Part shown: positions 1-12,607 of the stretch, in pieces
How the letters are laid out: every line of letters begins with the position of its first letter
Numbering within the stretch: the stretch's first letter is position 1
Source: Bigelowiella natans CCMP2755
Taxonomy: Eukaryota; Protista; Cercozoa
Assembly (NCBI GenBank): GCA_000320545.1
Contig: ADNK01000882.1
Location: 1-34,909, forward strand
Length of the DNA: 34,909 bases
Reading direction: 5' to 3'
The notes under the pieces: generated by a model
The model's input: only the letters and a program-made list of their open reading frames with translations
Database searches by the model: none
What the model was told of the DNA's origin: nothing
Position numbers and translations under genes: made by a program

Positions 1-94
1 ATTCAAGAAACAGCAGCAATTACCAATTCGTCAACGGCAATAAGACTAGCCTTTTGGCACATGCATATATATCTACACGCACACATAAACAAAC

Positions 95-107
95 ACATAC
101 ACACACA

Positions 108-144
<37 letters not shown>

Positions 145-255
145 GAGAATTCTCTCTCTCTCATATTCAATGATAGTCTCTTCGTTCAGCTACCACCACT
201 ACCTTCAAGGTGAAGTGCACCTAGTCGGTCCATCCCATCATCAATGTCGATAATG

Positions 256-289
<34 letters not shown>

Positions 290-1047
290 AGAGGAAGAGG
301 AGGAAGAGGAGGAGGAAGAGGAGGAAGAGGAAGAGGAGTTTATGATCGAAAAGAATGGATCAAAAAAAGATGGTTGGATTATGAAGCGGTTACAGCGCTT
401 TTATGATTCTAATGTGCTCCTTCTGTCGCTACTTCCGTTGGTTATTGCTGCATGCTTTCGCTCATCGTCGTGTCATCCCCCATCCTCTCTCTTCCCCTCC
501 TCTTCTTGCCCACCAATCCGCATATTGTTGTCATAGTGGTGGTAGAAGTAGCAGCAGTGTAGTAGTAGTATTATTAGCAGCCAGGCTGCTGCTCACAAAT
601 TCTACGATTCTCTTCTTTCCTCATGCGTTTCCTTCGGTAGTCGTTGTCGTCGTTATCATCATCATCATCATCATGGTGCTTGACTCTCTTCTCCTCTGCC
701 CTCTCTTTCCTCCTCCTCCTTTTCTTCTTCATCATCATCATCTTCTTCTCCTTCTTCTTCTTCTTCTTCTTCTCGCTGCTGCTAGTTATCAATAGCCAAC
801 CGGATGCCCATTCTCCATATCGACTTCCACGAAATGCTCTTGTCCTGCAGTAGGTAGATAGGTAGTAGCACCGATGTTTCGCGTGTGTGATTTGGATTTG
901 CGGCGTCGCTATCGGGCACGTCGCGGTTAGACATCGGAGCAGGAGCAGTGATTGCAGGCTCGCATGTGTTGGGACGAAAAGGAAAAGGGCAGGAAAGATG
1001 CTAATACGGAGCTGAGTCTGGATGAGACGCACTTTTATTACCACAAC

Positions 1048-1085
<38 letters not shown>

Positions 1086-1632
1086 GATACACACTCGCTC
1101 ACAACAACATACCAATGTAGTCCGCCGCCCACATATTCAGAATGGGGGGGTTGCGAGGATAATACGACAGCCAAGGCATGCTAGGAGAAAGGGGGGAGGA
1201 GGCAGCAACACGACAAGGACGACGATGACGACGAGTCAGGTGCTGCTTTCAAATCAATATATAATACACTTATATTTCTCTCCCAGTGATGAGAGCTATC
1301 GAGGAATAGTTCTGCATATCATATAGGTTTCACGTCGCCCGTTTGGGGCGAAAACCAGGATTGGAGTCAATATCTGTTGTTGTTGTTGTTGTTGTTGTTG
1401 TTGTCGTGGTGAGTATCTACTTACCCCTTTTGCTGCTGATATTTCGTGGTGAACTCCACCTCCTTCATCACATCCCTGAGATGAAACACACAGTCGTCAT
1501 CACGACCACAAGGGACTTTCCGCACTGCTGCTACTCACGGTGCATTCTCATCGTTCTTTGGTAGTTAGAGTGGTGGAACAACTGCGCTGCTGCGTGCTGT
1601 GTACGCATACCGTGGATGTTTTCACAAACACA

Positions 1633-1673
<41 letters not shown>

Positions 1674-2066
1674 CCATGCACCTTGGCGGGAAACATATGT
1701 TTGTATCATATGCATGTTTGTGCGTGCGTGTGTGCGTGTGTGTGGGGTGGGTGGGTGGGTGTCCTTATTGCTCAGTACTTGTAGAATTGTGTCTTCTTCA
1801 CGTCCTCCATGTACTTCTCGTCGTTCTTTGTTTGTTTATTTGTTGGTAGGTTTGTTGTATAAATCAATGGTCAACCAATCCATCGATCAGCGCAGTCATC
1901 CGTCCACGCCGAAACAAAGATATATCAAATTCATAAACAGCAATAGCGGGGCAAGATTAGCTTCATGTCGAAGAAGAAGAAGAAGAAGAAGAAGAAGAAG
2001 AAGAGGGTGAGGTCGCCGGACTTTCCACAAAAACGTATTTGGCGGTCTATTCCCCCCTCTCCGTCC

Positions 2067-2100
<34 letters not shown>

Positions 2101-2797
2101 TATGTGAATGGCATCATGTGTTGTGGCGTCATCGTATATATAAACTCTGCAAAGAAGTGATAGTTTTGCTTTTCATCTTCTTCTTCTTCGTCTCTATGAA
2201 AGCAGCAGCTGCAAAGGCACTCGTAGAGCAATCCAATAGCCAACACTCTTCTCTTCCGCCCCCCCCCACCTTCGGCGCAAGGATGATGATGTTTTTCTTC
2301 GCAACCATCGTCACTTTATCGATCTATGCAGAGCACAAAGAGAAGAAGAAGAAGAAGAAGAAGAAGAAGAAGAAGAAGCAGCAAAAGGAGGCAGATCACA
2401 TCGCAGCAGTAATAACAGTAGTAGTAGTAGTAGTAGTAGTAGTATCCTTCGCTCTGAATTCTAATGTATAGCTTTTGATTAGGTCTTCTCCTCGCAACTA
2501 CATGCTGGACGCTCAACTCACAAGAGACTGCTCTGTGAATCATATGAAAGCGCTATGATGACGATGAGGACGACACATTGGGCACATCACCACCACCACC
2601 AGCACCACCACCAGCAGCGTCCGCCCCATCACCACCTTGACTTTTGAGCCTCGCTTGCAGATGTGGAACGAATGTGTCGTGTACGTGTTGATCATCGATC
2701 TGATGAGACAACAAGAGATAATCTCGCTCTCATCCAATGCCGATATCATTCATCTGGCAGCACTCACCATCCATTCAAGTGCTACTACTTCTACTAT

Positions 2798-2829
<32 letters not shown>

Positions 2830-2854
2830 ACTCTTTACTCAAGCTGCTGCTATG

Positions 2855-2889
<35 letters not shown>

Positions 2890-3137
2890 GCAATACCTTC
2901 CCATGGAGGGGATGACTCCATTGTACGCCTATAAGTACGAAATGGCAGTAAGAAGCAGTTGGGCAGATGACGGGTCAAGAGTATGCGGCAGATGGGAGGG
3001 CAATGTGAATGGTTAAGTTGTGTAGGAAGCAGAAGCAAGTAAACACGTTTCTCAGACTACTTATTCAGGACTCCCAGCGACTCCATATCTCGCACTATCA
3101 TCACTTCAAGAAAGAGTGACGCACTCTCTCCCCCCCC

Positions 3138-3168
<31 letters not shown>

Positions 3169-3607
3169 CCACTCTCAACGTCGCCGTCGTCATTACCCCG
3201 TGCTCTGTGCCATCATCATAGTAGTACTCAAGATCATGAGGGTACAAATTCCTAAACTTTGCCCCCATTGGAATCTGTAGGGGTATGCAGCAGTAATTAA
3301 TCACTCTTGAAAATAGAGGGGGGGAGGGGGGAGAGCGGAAAGGGCTCTGTCCCGCCGCGGCAAGGACGAAAGCATACGGATATGCTGTTTTCGCTCTTCT
3401 TTTTATGCAACTGGCAACTTCATCGCATGGACTCAGCGATGGCATGGGGGGAGAGTAATAATAAAGGAAACATGAGAATCGATCTTGGTGCTCGCATATT
3501 GTTGTGTCCATCATCATGATCCGAGAAAGGCACGGCAGCACCTCACGACTTGGCCGTGGAAACGAGGATATGTAATTCACCTGATATTGCACATACACAC
3601 CCAGTCT

Positions 3608-3676
<69 letters not shown>

Positions 3677-4067
3677 CGATATATGCATGTATATCAGTGT
3701 TTGCTGTTCGGTCGTATGAGCAGTGCTGTTGAAAGGATATTGATCCTGGTTACTGACAGGATGTGGAAAGTAGCTTCCTCCAAGTGCCTCCAGGGCTGAC
3801 TTCTGCGAGACGACAAAAACAAACACATATATACATATAAACATATACACTCATACACACACGCACACACATTAACTATATCCGCAATGTTTAATATACG
3901 TGTGTACGTGTGCTTGATGAGCAGGTTTTTGGTATTGGCATGATGATAAGAGTTGAGAAATGATAAGAGAATTGAGAAAGAAGAAGGGGCCACCTCAGCT
4001 GCAACGGATGATGATTTAGGGGGAGTTCCAATATGAACCTTTGATGCCGAATGACATGCGTAAGTAC

Positions 4068-4108
<41 letters not shown>

Positions 4109-4110
4109 GT
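95..4110. repeat. Dense microsatellite tracts in introns: (AG)n, (AAC)n, (GAG/GAA)n, (CAT)n, (CA)n, (GTT)n, (AAG)n, (TAG/TAC)n, (TA)n, (TC)n
   Basis: Directly visible, e.g. (AG)n ~111-140, (CA)n ~1050-1080, (AAG)n ~2340-2378, (TAC)n ~2790-2888, (TA)n ~3625-3672, (TC)n ~4070-4107. Confidence 0.95.
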
Positions 4111-5006
4111 ACATATGTTTGTGTTTGTGTGGTATGTGTTGAAAACCTCATTCTCGCTTGCCTCGATCACAACGGTATGTTTCCTTTTCAGAGCAGCACA
4201 CAAGTATGGCGTATCGTTTATAACCACAATGTCTATTATGCCTAGATTAAGCATGCATAATTACTTGAGGAGTTCTCCGGAGGTTTTGTCTGACATTTCT
4301 ATCTCGTGGCCAATGAACGAATCCAAGTTTATCGCCTTTTGATGTACTGTAGTTCAGACATTTTTCATAGATATAGTACAGATGTAGGTGTGGCTATTAC
4401 TGACCCGGTGCGAAGAAATATCGTTGATAAGAATCTAAAATGTGAATCGTAATAATTATTAATGACAATGATTATGATGATACCGATGATGATGATGATA
4501 ATGCAGCAAAAGCAGGTCTAATGTATTTCTATAATGATCGTTCGCAATTATATAATTTGACCCTTTTCGCTGTCCCAGGCTCAATCCAGAATACTTGCAC
4601 CTTCGTTGCAGAAACACACAAAAAAATAAAACCTTTAAGAGCAGTGTTAAGTGCTGCGTTTGGAACAGGAAGTGGACGACCGGATTCTCGCCATGGTTGA
4701 TGATCAAAACCTGATACGAAAAATAATCACAATCCGGGAGTTGTTTACCATGCCCCCACACCTAGGAAGTTTGAATACCTTCGCTGGCACTGGATCAGTC
4801 CCCCCCTCGCTTACACCCGTCTCGTCAATTTTGCACTCTCCTTCTTCGGAGTCGCCGCTGCATTGCTGTTGCGCGTCTACCAAGAAAGAGCTACTACCTC
4901 CGGAGCATCCACCCATAATGCTGGGATTGGGAAAGAGGAGGAAGAGGAACAAGGGCAGGCTTCGTGTCATAGCCGCCATCGCGAGCCGCAGTCCTGAGCT
5001 TTGCAT
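203..5006 (-). CDS. Secreted prolyl-4-hydroxylase/2OG-Fe(II) oxygenase-type protein, N-terminal part (multi-exon; gene continues past the window start)
   Basis: ATG at 5006 with a signal-like segment (MQSSGLRLAMAAMTRSLPLFLFLLF). Phase-consistent GT-AG exons read: VLIINHGENPVVHFLFQ..|ILINDISSHR|AINLDSFIGHEIEMSDKTSGELLK|KHTVVIEASENE|VHIGTPPKSSSVAAE|KSALEALGGSYFPHP|..|IPMGAKFRNLYPHDLEYYYDDGTEHG|AYNGVIPSMGR|SMINTYTTHSFHICKRGSKVK|IDKVTMVAKKNIIILAPK|NDEKYMEDVKKTQFYK|DVMKEVEFTTKYQQQKG|MPWLSYYPRNPPILNMWAADYIG|QEHFVEVDMENGHP|VHFTLK (203-220). Two VHL-beta-like modules (..SF/TY-x-x-H..) and a W-x3-YPR-x-PP-x3-MW-x-AD-x2-GQ segment resemble, from memory, the region preceding the catalytic domain in protist P4H-like proteins. 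The catalytic domain is not in the window, so the product name is inference. Confidence 0.55.
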
Positions 5007-5473
5007 CCGATAAAATAGTTTTCCGAGCGACAATCTTAAAACGAAGACGCAATGATGATTTTGCCTTCGTTTAGCACTTTTCACAGCCTTTGTTGGACGT
5101 TGTTGGGAGAGGACAGCTCAGCGTCAGGGACCATGCCGTTATGCCTTCGAGCGACAACCTCTCAAAAAGTTGCTAATTTTTTCGGGCGGGGAGATACTGC
5201 GGGTACCCTACAAAATTACAAAGTCAGTTGGCGTGATCTGTGGATATCCCAGTCGGAAAAACTTTTGTACGACCAGAAAGCGAAGTTATCTTCCAGACAC
5301 AGAATCGTAATTGGATATTTCTCCGTGAGGAGGAATCCCTGAATTCTTGCGGTAGCGACTACATTCTTCATTCGAATCTGCAAGTTTTCATGCTATGACG
5401 TACGAAGTCATTTCAGTAGTAATGTCTGACAGGCTCTGCCCTGCCGAACAGAACCGACAGGAAGCTTGTCACC

Positions 5474-7079
5474 ATGCTCACCCTAATCCTCTCCCTCTTC
5501 CTCGTCAACAATAGCATCTTCGCGAGAGCCGATGGCCTCAGGGAGGTGGACCATCATAATATTCTTTTCTGTTCCAAATAGTCAGGCCTCATGAAAAATC
5601 ATCGTCAGGTGACTCGATCCGCCTCGGATGCAATCTGCGACCCCGTGAAGCAACACTCGGGCTACTTCGATCTCACCACAGGGGATAAACATTACTTCTA
5701 CTGGTTAAAAAGATTCATCTATCCCTATATTTCGATCATCGATCAACAGAGAGTCATCAAATTTAGGTTTTTTGAATCAAGAAGCAATCCCGCCACTGAC
5801 CCTGTTGTGCTTTGGATGACCGGAGGGCCTGGTTGTTCGAGCGAAGTGGCACTCTTCGGCGAGAACGGTCCTTGCAGTGTAAATGAAGACGGCACCGATA
5901 CTATCAGCAATGAGTATTCCTGGAACAACAATGCGAGCGTTCTTTACATCGACCAACCAGGTATGAAGGCAAATATAAACCTTACTTTCTGATTTGAATA
6001 TTGCATCACGTAGCATAAAGTTAATGATAGATTATTATCGATGAATGTTAGCCGGTACTGGATTCTCCTATGGAAAAGGTATGGACCATGATGAGAAGGG
6101 TGTCGCTGCGGACATGTATGACTTCCTTCAGCAGTTCTTCAAGGCTCACCCAGAGTACGCGAAGTTAGACTTCTACACCGTCGGGGAATCATATGCGGGT
6201 CACTACGTACCGGCAGTGACACATAAAATTTGGGAAAATAATGAAAAGCTTCCTTCTGGGTCCATCCACATCAACCTGAAAGGCACTTCCGTCGGTAATG
6301 GGCTCACCGATCCAGAAATCCAATACAAGGTAGCTTGACTTTAAATTTGCTACCAAATCTTCTTTCATTTTTATTTTTGTTTTTCTCAGTATTATGCGGA
6401 TATGGCAATTAGTACCAACGACCACAAACCTGCTGTATCAAATGCTACTCATGCACTCATGAAAGCTGCTACACCAGCCTGCATCTTGGCGATTAAGGGT
6501 TGCAATAGCAAGATTCCGGGATCTTGCCTAACAGCTACTGAACTTTGCAATGCGGGATTACTTATTCCCTACACTGCTTCTGGGATGAATCCTTATGATA
6601 TGCGTGTCAAGTGTCAGAAGCCGCCACTATGCTACGACTTTAGCAATGTTGGAGTTTACCTTGGCCGCCCCGAAGTGCAGAAAGCGCTCGGTGTTGAGGG
6701 AAAGAAGTGGTCGGATTGTAATAGAGCTGTTGCAATGGCTTTTGAATTGGCTGGGGACTGGATGCACAACTACCAAACCATGATCCCAGATCAACTTAAC
6801 AACGGGATTCGAGTTCTAATCTATGCAGGGGATCAAGATTACATTTGCAACTGGCTTGGAAACCGTGCGTGGACTGAGGCTCTTGAATGGCCTCATAAGA
6901 GCGACTTTAATGCTCAAACCGCGGCAGAGTGGAAAGTCGAAGGGAAGGCAGCGGGAGAACTTAAGACCTCGAACGGATTCTCTTTCCTGCGTGTCTATGA
7001 TGCTGGTCACATGGTTCCGAGGGATCAACCCGCGCATGCCTTGGCAATGATTAACGCCTTTATCTCCGGTAAGATTTGA
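5474..7079 (+). CDS. Serine carboxypeptidase, peptidase family S10 (carboxypeptidase Y-like), secreted or lysosomal, ~442 aa
   Basis: Exons 5474-5545, 5609-5703, 5767-5960, 6052-6329, 6390-7079, all with GT-AG introns and consistent phase. Signal peptide [11 protein letters not shown]. Family motifs: [39 protein letters not shown] (catalytic Ser), GDQDYICN (Asp), AGHMVP (His). Confidence 0.95.
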
Positions 7080-7335
7080 GTATGGTCTGGTAATGTCTAA
7101 ATTTGCTGTCGTTGGTATTGCATGTACATATATATACTTCCTTGACAAGCTGATACGATTGCTGTGAGGCCATCTCGACGAAGATAAACAACACGATACC
7201 TGCATGTTCTCAACAGCTTTTTATGATGAGTACAGAGCGCGCATTTATTAAATGAAAGCACAATTCGGCACGTTGTGGCAGCATCGTGCAAGGCATCGCG
7301 GCGACACACAATGCAGACCATCTACCCATGGCACA

Positions 7336-7437
7336 GGATTCGAGTTCTAATCTATGCAGGGGATCAAGATTACGCTTTGCAACTGGCTTGGAACCCGTGC
7401 GTGAACTGAGGCGCTTTTATGAATGGCCTCATAAGAG
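7336..7437 (+). pseudogene. ~100-bp degenerate copy of the carboxypeptidase last exon (source 6805-6901)
   Basis: ggattcgagttctaatctatgcaggggatcaagattac is identical in both places. Similarity continues with substitutions and small insertions to gaatggcctcataagag. Confidence 0.9.
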
Positions 7438-7959
7438 TCGCGAATCATGTGCGCTGTGCGATGTGATCTTGATGCATGCATGTGCTCGCAGCAGCTGCAC
7501 AGCCGTAGCTAGATGGCTACACATGTTGTTGTAGTTGTTGCGTCTGGTTGTGTGTGCACCACACGTACGTACTAGCGTAGCGGCAGAGGGGCGCCAGACG
7601 CATCCATCACATTGCGGCATCGTGACTTCTACCGTGGACATTGTGATGAGCCATCGCTAGGCCTACGATGCCGCCGGCCGGCCAGCCGCGATATGCATAT
7701 GTCATTACATAACATGATGAATCGATACATGCGGCGTCGTGCATTTATATAGCACGTGGCTGGCTATTCCTAGCCGGGATACAATTATAGTGGCTCTCCT
7801 ATGTACCACAAACCATGACAAGATCACCGACAACGAAGTAGAGTGGCATCCTGGGTTCGTATGCCCAATCTACATAATTGAAATCTAGCTGCCGACTTGA
7901 GCAGAACTTCCTGTACCAGCGTTCCTGTCCTACGTCAGCGATATATGGCATGACGTGAA

Positions 7960-8381
7960 CTATACGGGTGTTCCCTGCTTATTGAAACGTATTGATTCAG
8001 AATAGGAAAATTAAATTTCATTAAGGTACTGCCACCTTTGCTCCTCCGCTTTCCGTCATCTCCCGTTCTACTTATTCATAGATTCACGAAAATTTAGTCG
8101 CGGAATGGTTGAAAATTCACTGCAAATTGATCATGTTTTTAACCTGTAACGGAACTGGAACGGCAAACCGAAATTATGTATAGACATCCAACACCCATCA
8201 TGTACCTGTCCCAATGTTTCTAGTTTATCAAAGATGAACCCAAATATAAGAGATTCACTTACGCTCCAACAGCGAAGCTGAGGAATGTCGACTTTGCTAT
8301 GCTCAAGCTGCCAACGTAGACATAGAAAACTCCACGCCCTCCCAATGTCGTCATGAATCTGATTTCATCCAAAATCTTTTG

Positions 8382-8422
<41 letters not shown>

Positions 8423-9782
8423 ATATTAGGTGCACACATATATGCTCTCAGAAAGTACATGCATTCGAGCACAGTCAGAAGAAACAATGTAATGATATGT
8501 AGGTGCACAAAATACACACGTTAGTAAATAAATATAGGAGGAATCTACATTTTGTGCACAAATACTACAAAAAAAAATGTGCTAGAGTTACACACTGACT
8601 ATCAATAGTGTCGAGAAATATCTTTGTCATTCCAGTCTAGTAAAATTCAAGTTCGATCAAACCTTGCCCATCGTTCGAGGAAAGAGAGGGGTAGACATTG
8701 GTTCTGCATCTCTATCAAAGCAATAGCTATCTGCGATGCAAAGCAAAAAAACAACATGACTTTCTGCAGTTGATGGAGCGTGTCTTTAAAGTTTTGCACA
8801 TTTACCCCAAATAAGAAGGTGTAAGCTTCGACGACAAAGCCAAGAGGATTTAGAATGTTCATCATGCCTACAAGGGAAGTGAATTCAGGTCAAGGTGCCC
8901 ATTGTCTAAGACTTTTACATGTCATATCTTCTAACCAAGAAAGGAGGCGCCTGCAGTAAGGACGCCACCAATAAAACCAAGGCAGCCCAGCCCCTGATAC
9001 ACAATTACAATCTTTTAATTGATTTTTCAATGAAATATTTTGCCTTGTGATCTGAAAATGTTGGTTCTATTTGCCGCACACCCGTTCCATGTTTTTCACT
9101 TGGTTGCCTAGCTTAGAGGCCTCCTTGCTGGCTTTCTTCATGGCCGCATCACCGACATTTCTGTAATATCATTTACACGGGAGATCTCAAATACAAACTT
9201 GATTGCTCGAAAAAAGTTTAGGGTGGCTTTCTGGAGACGCAGCAAAAAAATCCATATCCTCGCCGACTATTCGAGGTCTCCGAAATTTAGACAACGGGAG
9301 TTACCAAAAGATGGGCACACAAGCGTGCTTGGCGCGCACGATTAGATCACACGTAAAATGTACAAATGCATGCAAATGCGTGCATGCAAGATAAAAGATT
9401 CGGAATGTTCATTTCAGAGAGTTTACTTCGCAATTGCCCCTAGCAGCGCATCCGAAACCTACCATCATAGCATTAGGACTATCCATCTAACTTGCAAGCA
9501 ATATTCTCCGCTCCACAGGTAAGATTTAACAACTCTCACTACGGGCGCTACCATTCCCATTCCCATCCCCATCCCCATCCCTATTTTCGTCGTCCGCACC
9601 GCATCCTCTTCCTCGTTTGGCATGGGAACTGGCTCTCTTTCGAATGTTGCTGCGATCAATCGATTTGCCTCCTGCTCTTTCTGCTCGGTTTAGAGCTTTC
9701 CCGCACAAATTATTGGGAAAAATGAAGGCGATTTTCCCGTATTTATTGCCTCCGAGCACTGCTCCCAGATGAGCAAAGACAT
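7960..9782 (-). CDS. COPI-associated / Golgi TVP15-like multi-pass membrane protein (5' end uncertain: 9782, 9255 or 9141)
   Basis: Spliced product ..NVGDAAMKKASKEASKLGNQVKNMER|GLGCLGFIGGVLTAGASFLG|MMNILNPLGFVVEAYTFLFG|IAIALIEMQNQCLPLSFLERWAR|FMTTLGGRGVFYVYVGSLSIAKSTFLSFAVGA|YMMGVGCLYIISVCRSSSVT|EREMTESGGAK|GTPV*. The F-x4-GRG-x-FY-x-Y-x-G motif with about four hydrophobic helices is characteristic of the COPI_assoc family. Confidence 0.75.
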
Positions 9783-10162
9783 GTTGGCGGGTCAAATTCG
9801 CCTCAAGAATTCGAACTGCACGCGCACGCGAAGAAGATCAACTGTGCCCGTTTGGCATGTCGTACAAATTAAAAGCACAGCATTCAGAATTTTTCCATTT
9901 CATGCCGAATTAGAAGTTGCGAAGCTCTCTCAACGTAAAAATAGCATGCGTTTTCACCAATAGCATCAATTCAGACCGAGGATATTAGGGATTTACATAT
10001 AAGGTTGACGTATGTTCTATATTATTTATATTTAAAAAATAAAATAGTTGTCGTAGGTATAAAACGATCCTCTCCTTGAAAGAATGGTGCATAGCAGTAA
10101 TACAAAATAAAAAGCCAGGTCTGTCTGGTGGTCGTGTCCCCCCACTTATCCTCGAAGTCGCG

Positions 10163-10937
10163 ATGAGCAAGGTGATATGATTGCGCCCGATGAATGGAAT
10201 CTATTTTTTTGGTTATTGTAATACAGCTGTGTCATTTCTTTATTTTGAACTTAAATCATCCATACATTGCTTCAAAGGCAATCGAGCAATTCTTCAAGAA
10301 GGCGGGTGATTTCTACATGAAGCACATGAGCCGTAGTGGACACCTCAAGGAATATCTCCCTGGGGGTGACAAGCCAGCCGAGAATTTCAGATTTCCAGCT
10401 CCAGGGTGCGTGATAATTTGCACTTACACGAGCATATCTCATATGGCATTTGTACTTAGGTCTGGCCCAGAGCCAAGTATTCCAACTGGTCTCAAGCAGC
10501 ACAAATACGATACTGCTTACTACCGCAGAGAAACTATTGCTACTGGAAAACCCATGAAGCCAAACGTTCCACGTGAGTTGTTGTGCTCTTCTGACTAATG
10601 AAACGAATTTTGAACATAATTCAAAAAATACGTAGTGGTCGCGGCTGTCGATGCGAAGCTACTACCGGCACAAGAAACTGGACTTCCAGATTATTTAAGA
10701 GTCATGCCAATGCATTTGGATAAGCCAAAATGGTGGACCAATGCCGAGCTGCAAGAATCTTACTTGAAGAAGGTTCCCAATAAAAGATTGAATTTAGAAC
10801 TCTATACGATTTTGAATTTATGTAATGTTTATTTATCGAATTTTCAGTGCGATGAAATTGGTGTCTACACTGCTGGAATAAGTAACTGGGGAAATTATAC
10901 ATACACTCCATACGGAGTTTACGAAGATGACGAATGA
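10163..10937 (+). CDS. Probable mitochondrial complex I accessory subunit, NDUFA7/B14.5a/NUZM-like, ~158 aa
   Basis: Exons 10163-10171 (MSK), 10278-10405, 10460-10572, 10636-10772, 10848-10937. The segment AENFRFPAPGS..IPT..KYDTAYYRRE resembles the (Y/F)R-x-P-x-PGS...Y-x2-R(D/E) core of fungal NUZM and plant B14.5a. Gene structure is solid; the family call is by recalled similarity. Confidence 0.6.
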
Positions 10938-12607
10938 GCTAGGACTAGGTTCATCATGTGAAGCTTACCAGTAACCCTCGTGCGGGGATGTATTGAGAAG
11001 CTGCAATTTCTTGCCAAAAATCCCAGTTATTACATGCAAATAAAATCTCAATTGTAATGATTCAATATTACAATCGAGTAGTCATTAGAACAAAGAATAG
11101 TCGCTGGCATCCATGATGGGAGCAAATTTCAAAGCAATAAACGCACTTTTCAACATGCCTGAACCAGCTCATATGTGCTAGTGTGCATGCACCTTCGCAT
11201 GTTCGTTGCATGCATCGTATCGTTGCATCGCACAATATGTGCATATGTGTGCGTAATGGCTCAACAAGCTTCAACATATAAACAGGACAGGAGATGGCTT
11301 TTTGGCATGCACACACAAGCTCAATGAAAATGAAATCAAATTGCATGTTGTCAACATTTTCATTTTGTGTCATTCGTGCATGCACGCCTAGACGCGGTTA
11401 GTTGTGTACGGTGCCAATGCGTCGTCTCTTTGTTTGCGCCGCCGTGTGGTCATGCATCGCACACACCTCACAAATCTCCTCTGCATGGCTACAGCAAGCA
11501 GATGGCTTGTCATGCATTTTCTTGCAGGCGCTTCATACAGATTGATGGCTGATAATGATTTATAGATTTGGCCACGTGTGCACGTAACGTCGATCACTGC
11601 TGGATCACTAATGGTTCAAGCTAGCAAGCTGATCGACAAGCGCAAAAGTTGTTTGATCGATTCGCCATCGCTTCAGCTAGACAACGACCACAACGATCAA
11701 AGCATGCGTGCGCTGAACATGACACGCATCAGACTGGTTTCACGTGACTTGTCAATGAGTGCAACGTTCACAACAGCTGGCAATTGAGCATCTCTAGCTA
11801 GATCGATCTGGATCTTTCCAGCTTTCCTCCGATCTAGCGATGAACCTTTCTTTCCTTCTTTCTCAGCTTGTTGCCTCCAGGACCAAACGACTCCGGAAGG
11901 CAATGAAGTGATGGGCGAAAGTTGAGGCGAGGCAACGTGTCATGCAAGTTAGCAAGGAAGACACCCTGACGGAAAGAAGTGTTTCCACGCTTGAGCACTT
12001 GAAAGGATCGTGAGACACGCTGACTCTTGGCTGTGTCTAGACGTTCCCCTCAACTAACAAGGCCGCCAAGAAAAATTGAAGATTTGTTTTGCACACGCCG
12101 GCCACGTCACTTGGACGAATGACAAGAAACAAAGAAAGAAATGAGTCACAAAGTGTTTCCATTGGAGCGGCTGAAAGAAGAAGAAAGAAAGCAAGCAACT
12201 TTGCAAATCGACTGCATCTCCAACGTGTTGCATGACACTTGCAAAGCACGAAACGCAGTGCCTCGAGCTGAAAACAACGAGGACTCTGTGGTGTGAAAAC
12301 CAGCATGGAAGAATCATGGGACATGTCCGTGTCCCAAGTTGCAACCAGTGCGCTTCCTACCGGTAGCATCTGCCGACCGTTGCCATGATCTGATGCTTTG
12401 ACGCGAAAATCGGTAGTTTTACCTGTGTTCATCCTCTTCAAATTTCCGGCTTTTTTTGGGGAAATTAACCCGGAAATCATCCAGAGTAGTCAACTGCCAG
12501 TATGTTCCCTAGTGCACATCTGCCGACAGATTAGCCGGCAGATCCACCGTCTTCATGATGGCGGCCGCATCCGAACGGTGTGTACGGAACAGCAGGAGAA
12601 GGAAACG

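Noticed and set aside
2445-2500. Exon with a non-canonical GA donor (LRGEDLIKSYTLEFRAK|GA)
   Set aside because: The flanking canonical exons (..GSKVK|IDKVTM..) join in phase without it.
342-4254. Dozens of ORFs with poly-L/K/R/T/Y/V or HT/CV/RE dipeptide runs
   Set aside because: They are translations of intronic microsatellites. Only short embedded segments are real exons of the minus-strand gene.
12037-12480. 147-aa and 96-aa minus-strand ORFs as genes
   Set aside because: No motifs or splice structure. The open frames are explained by the local absence of TA, which removes TAA and TAG stops.
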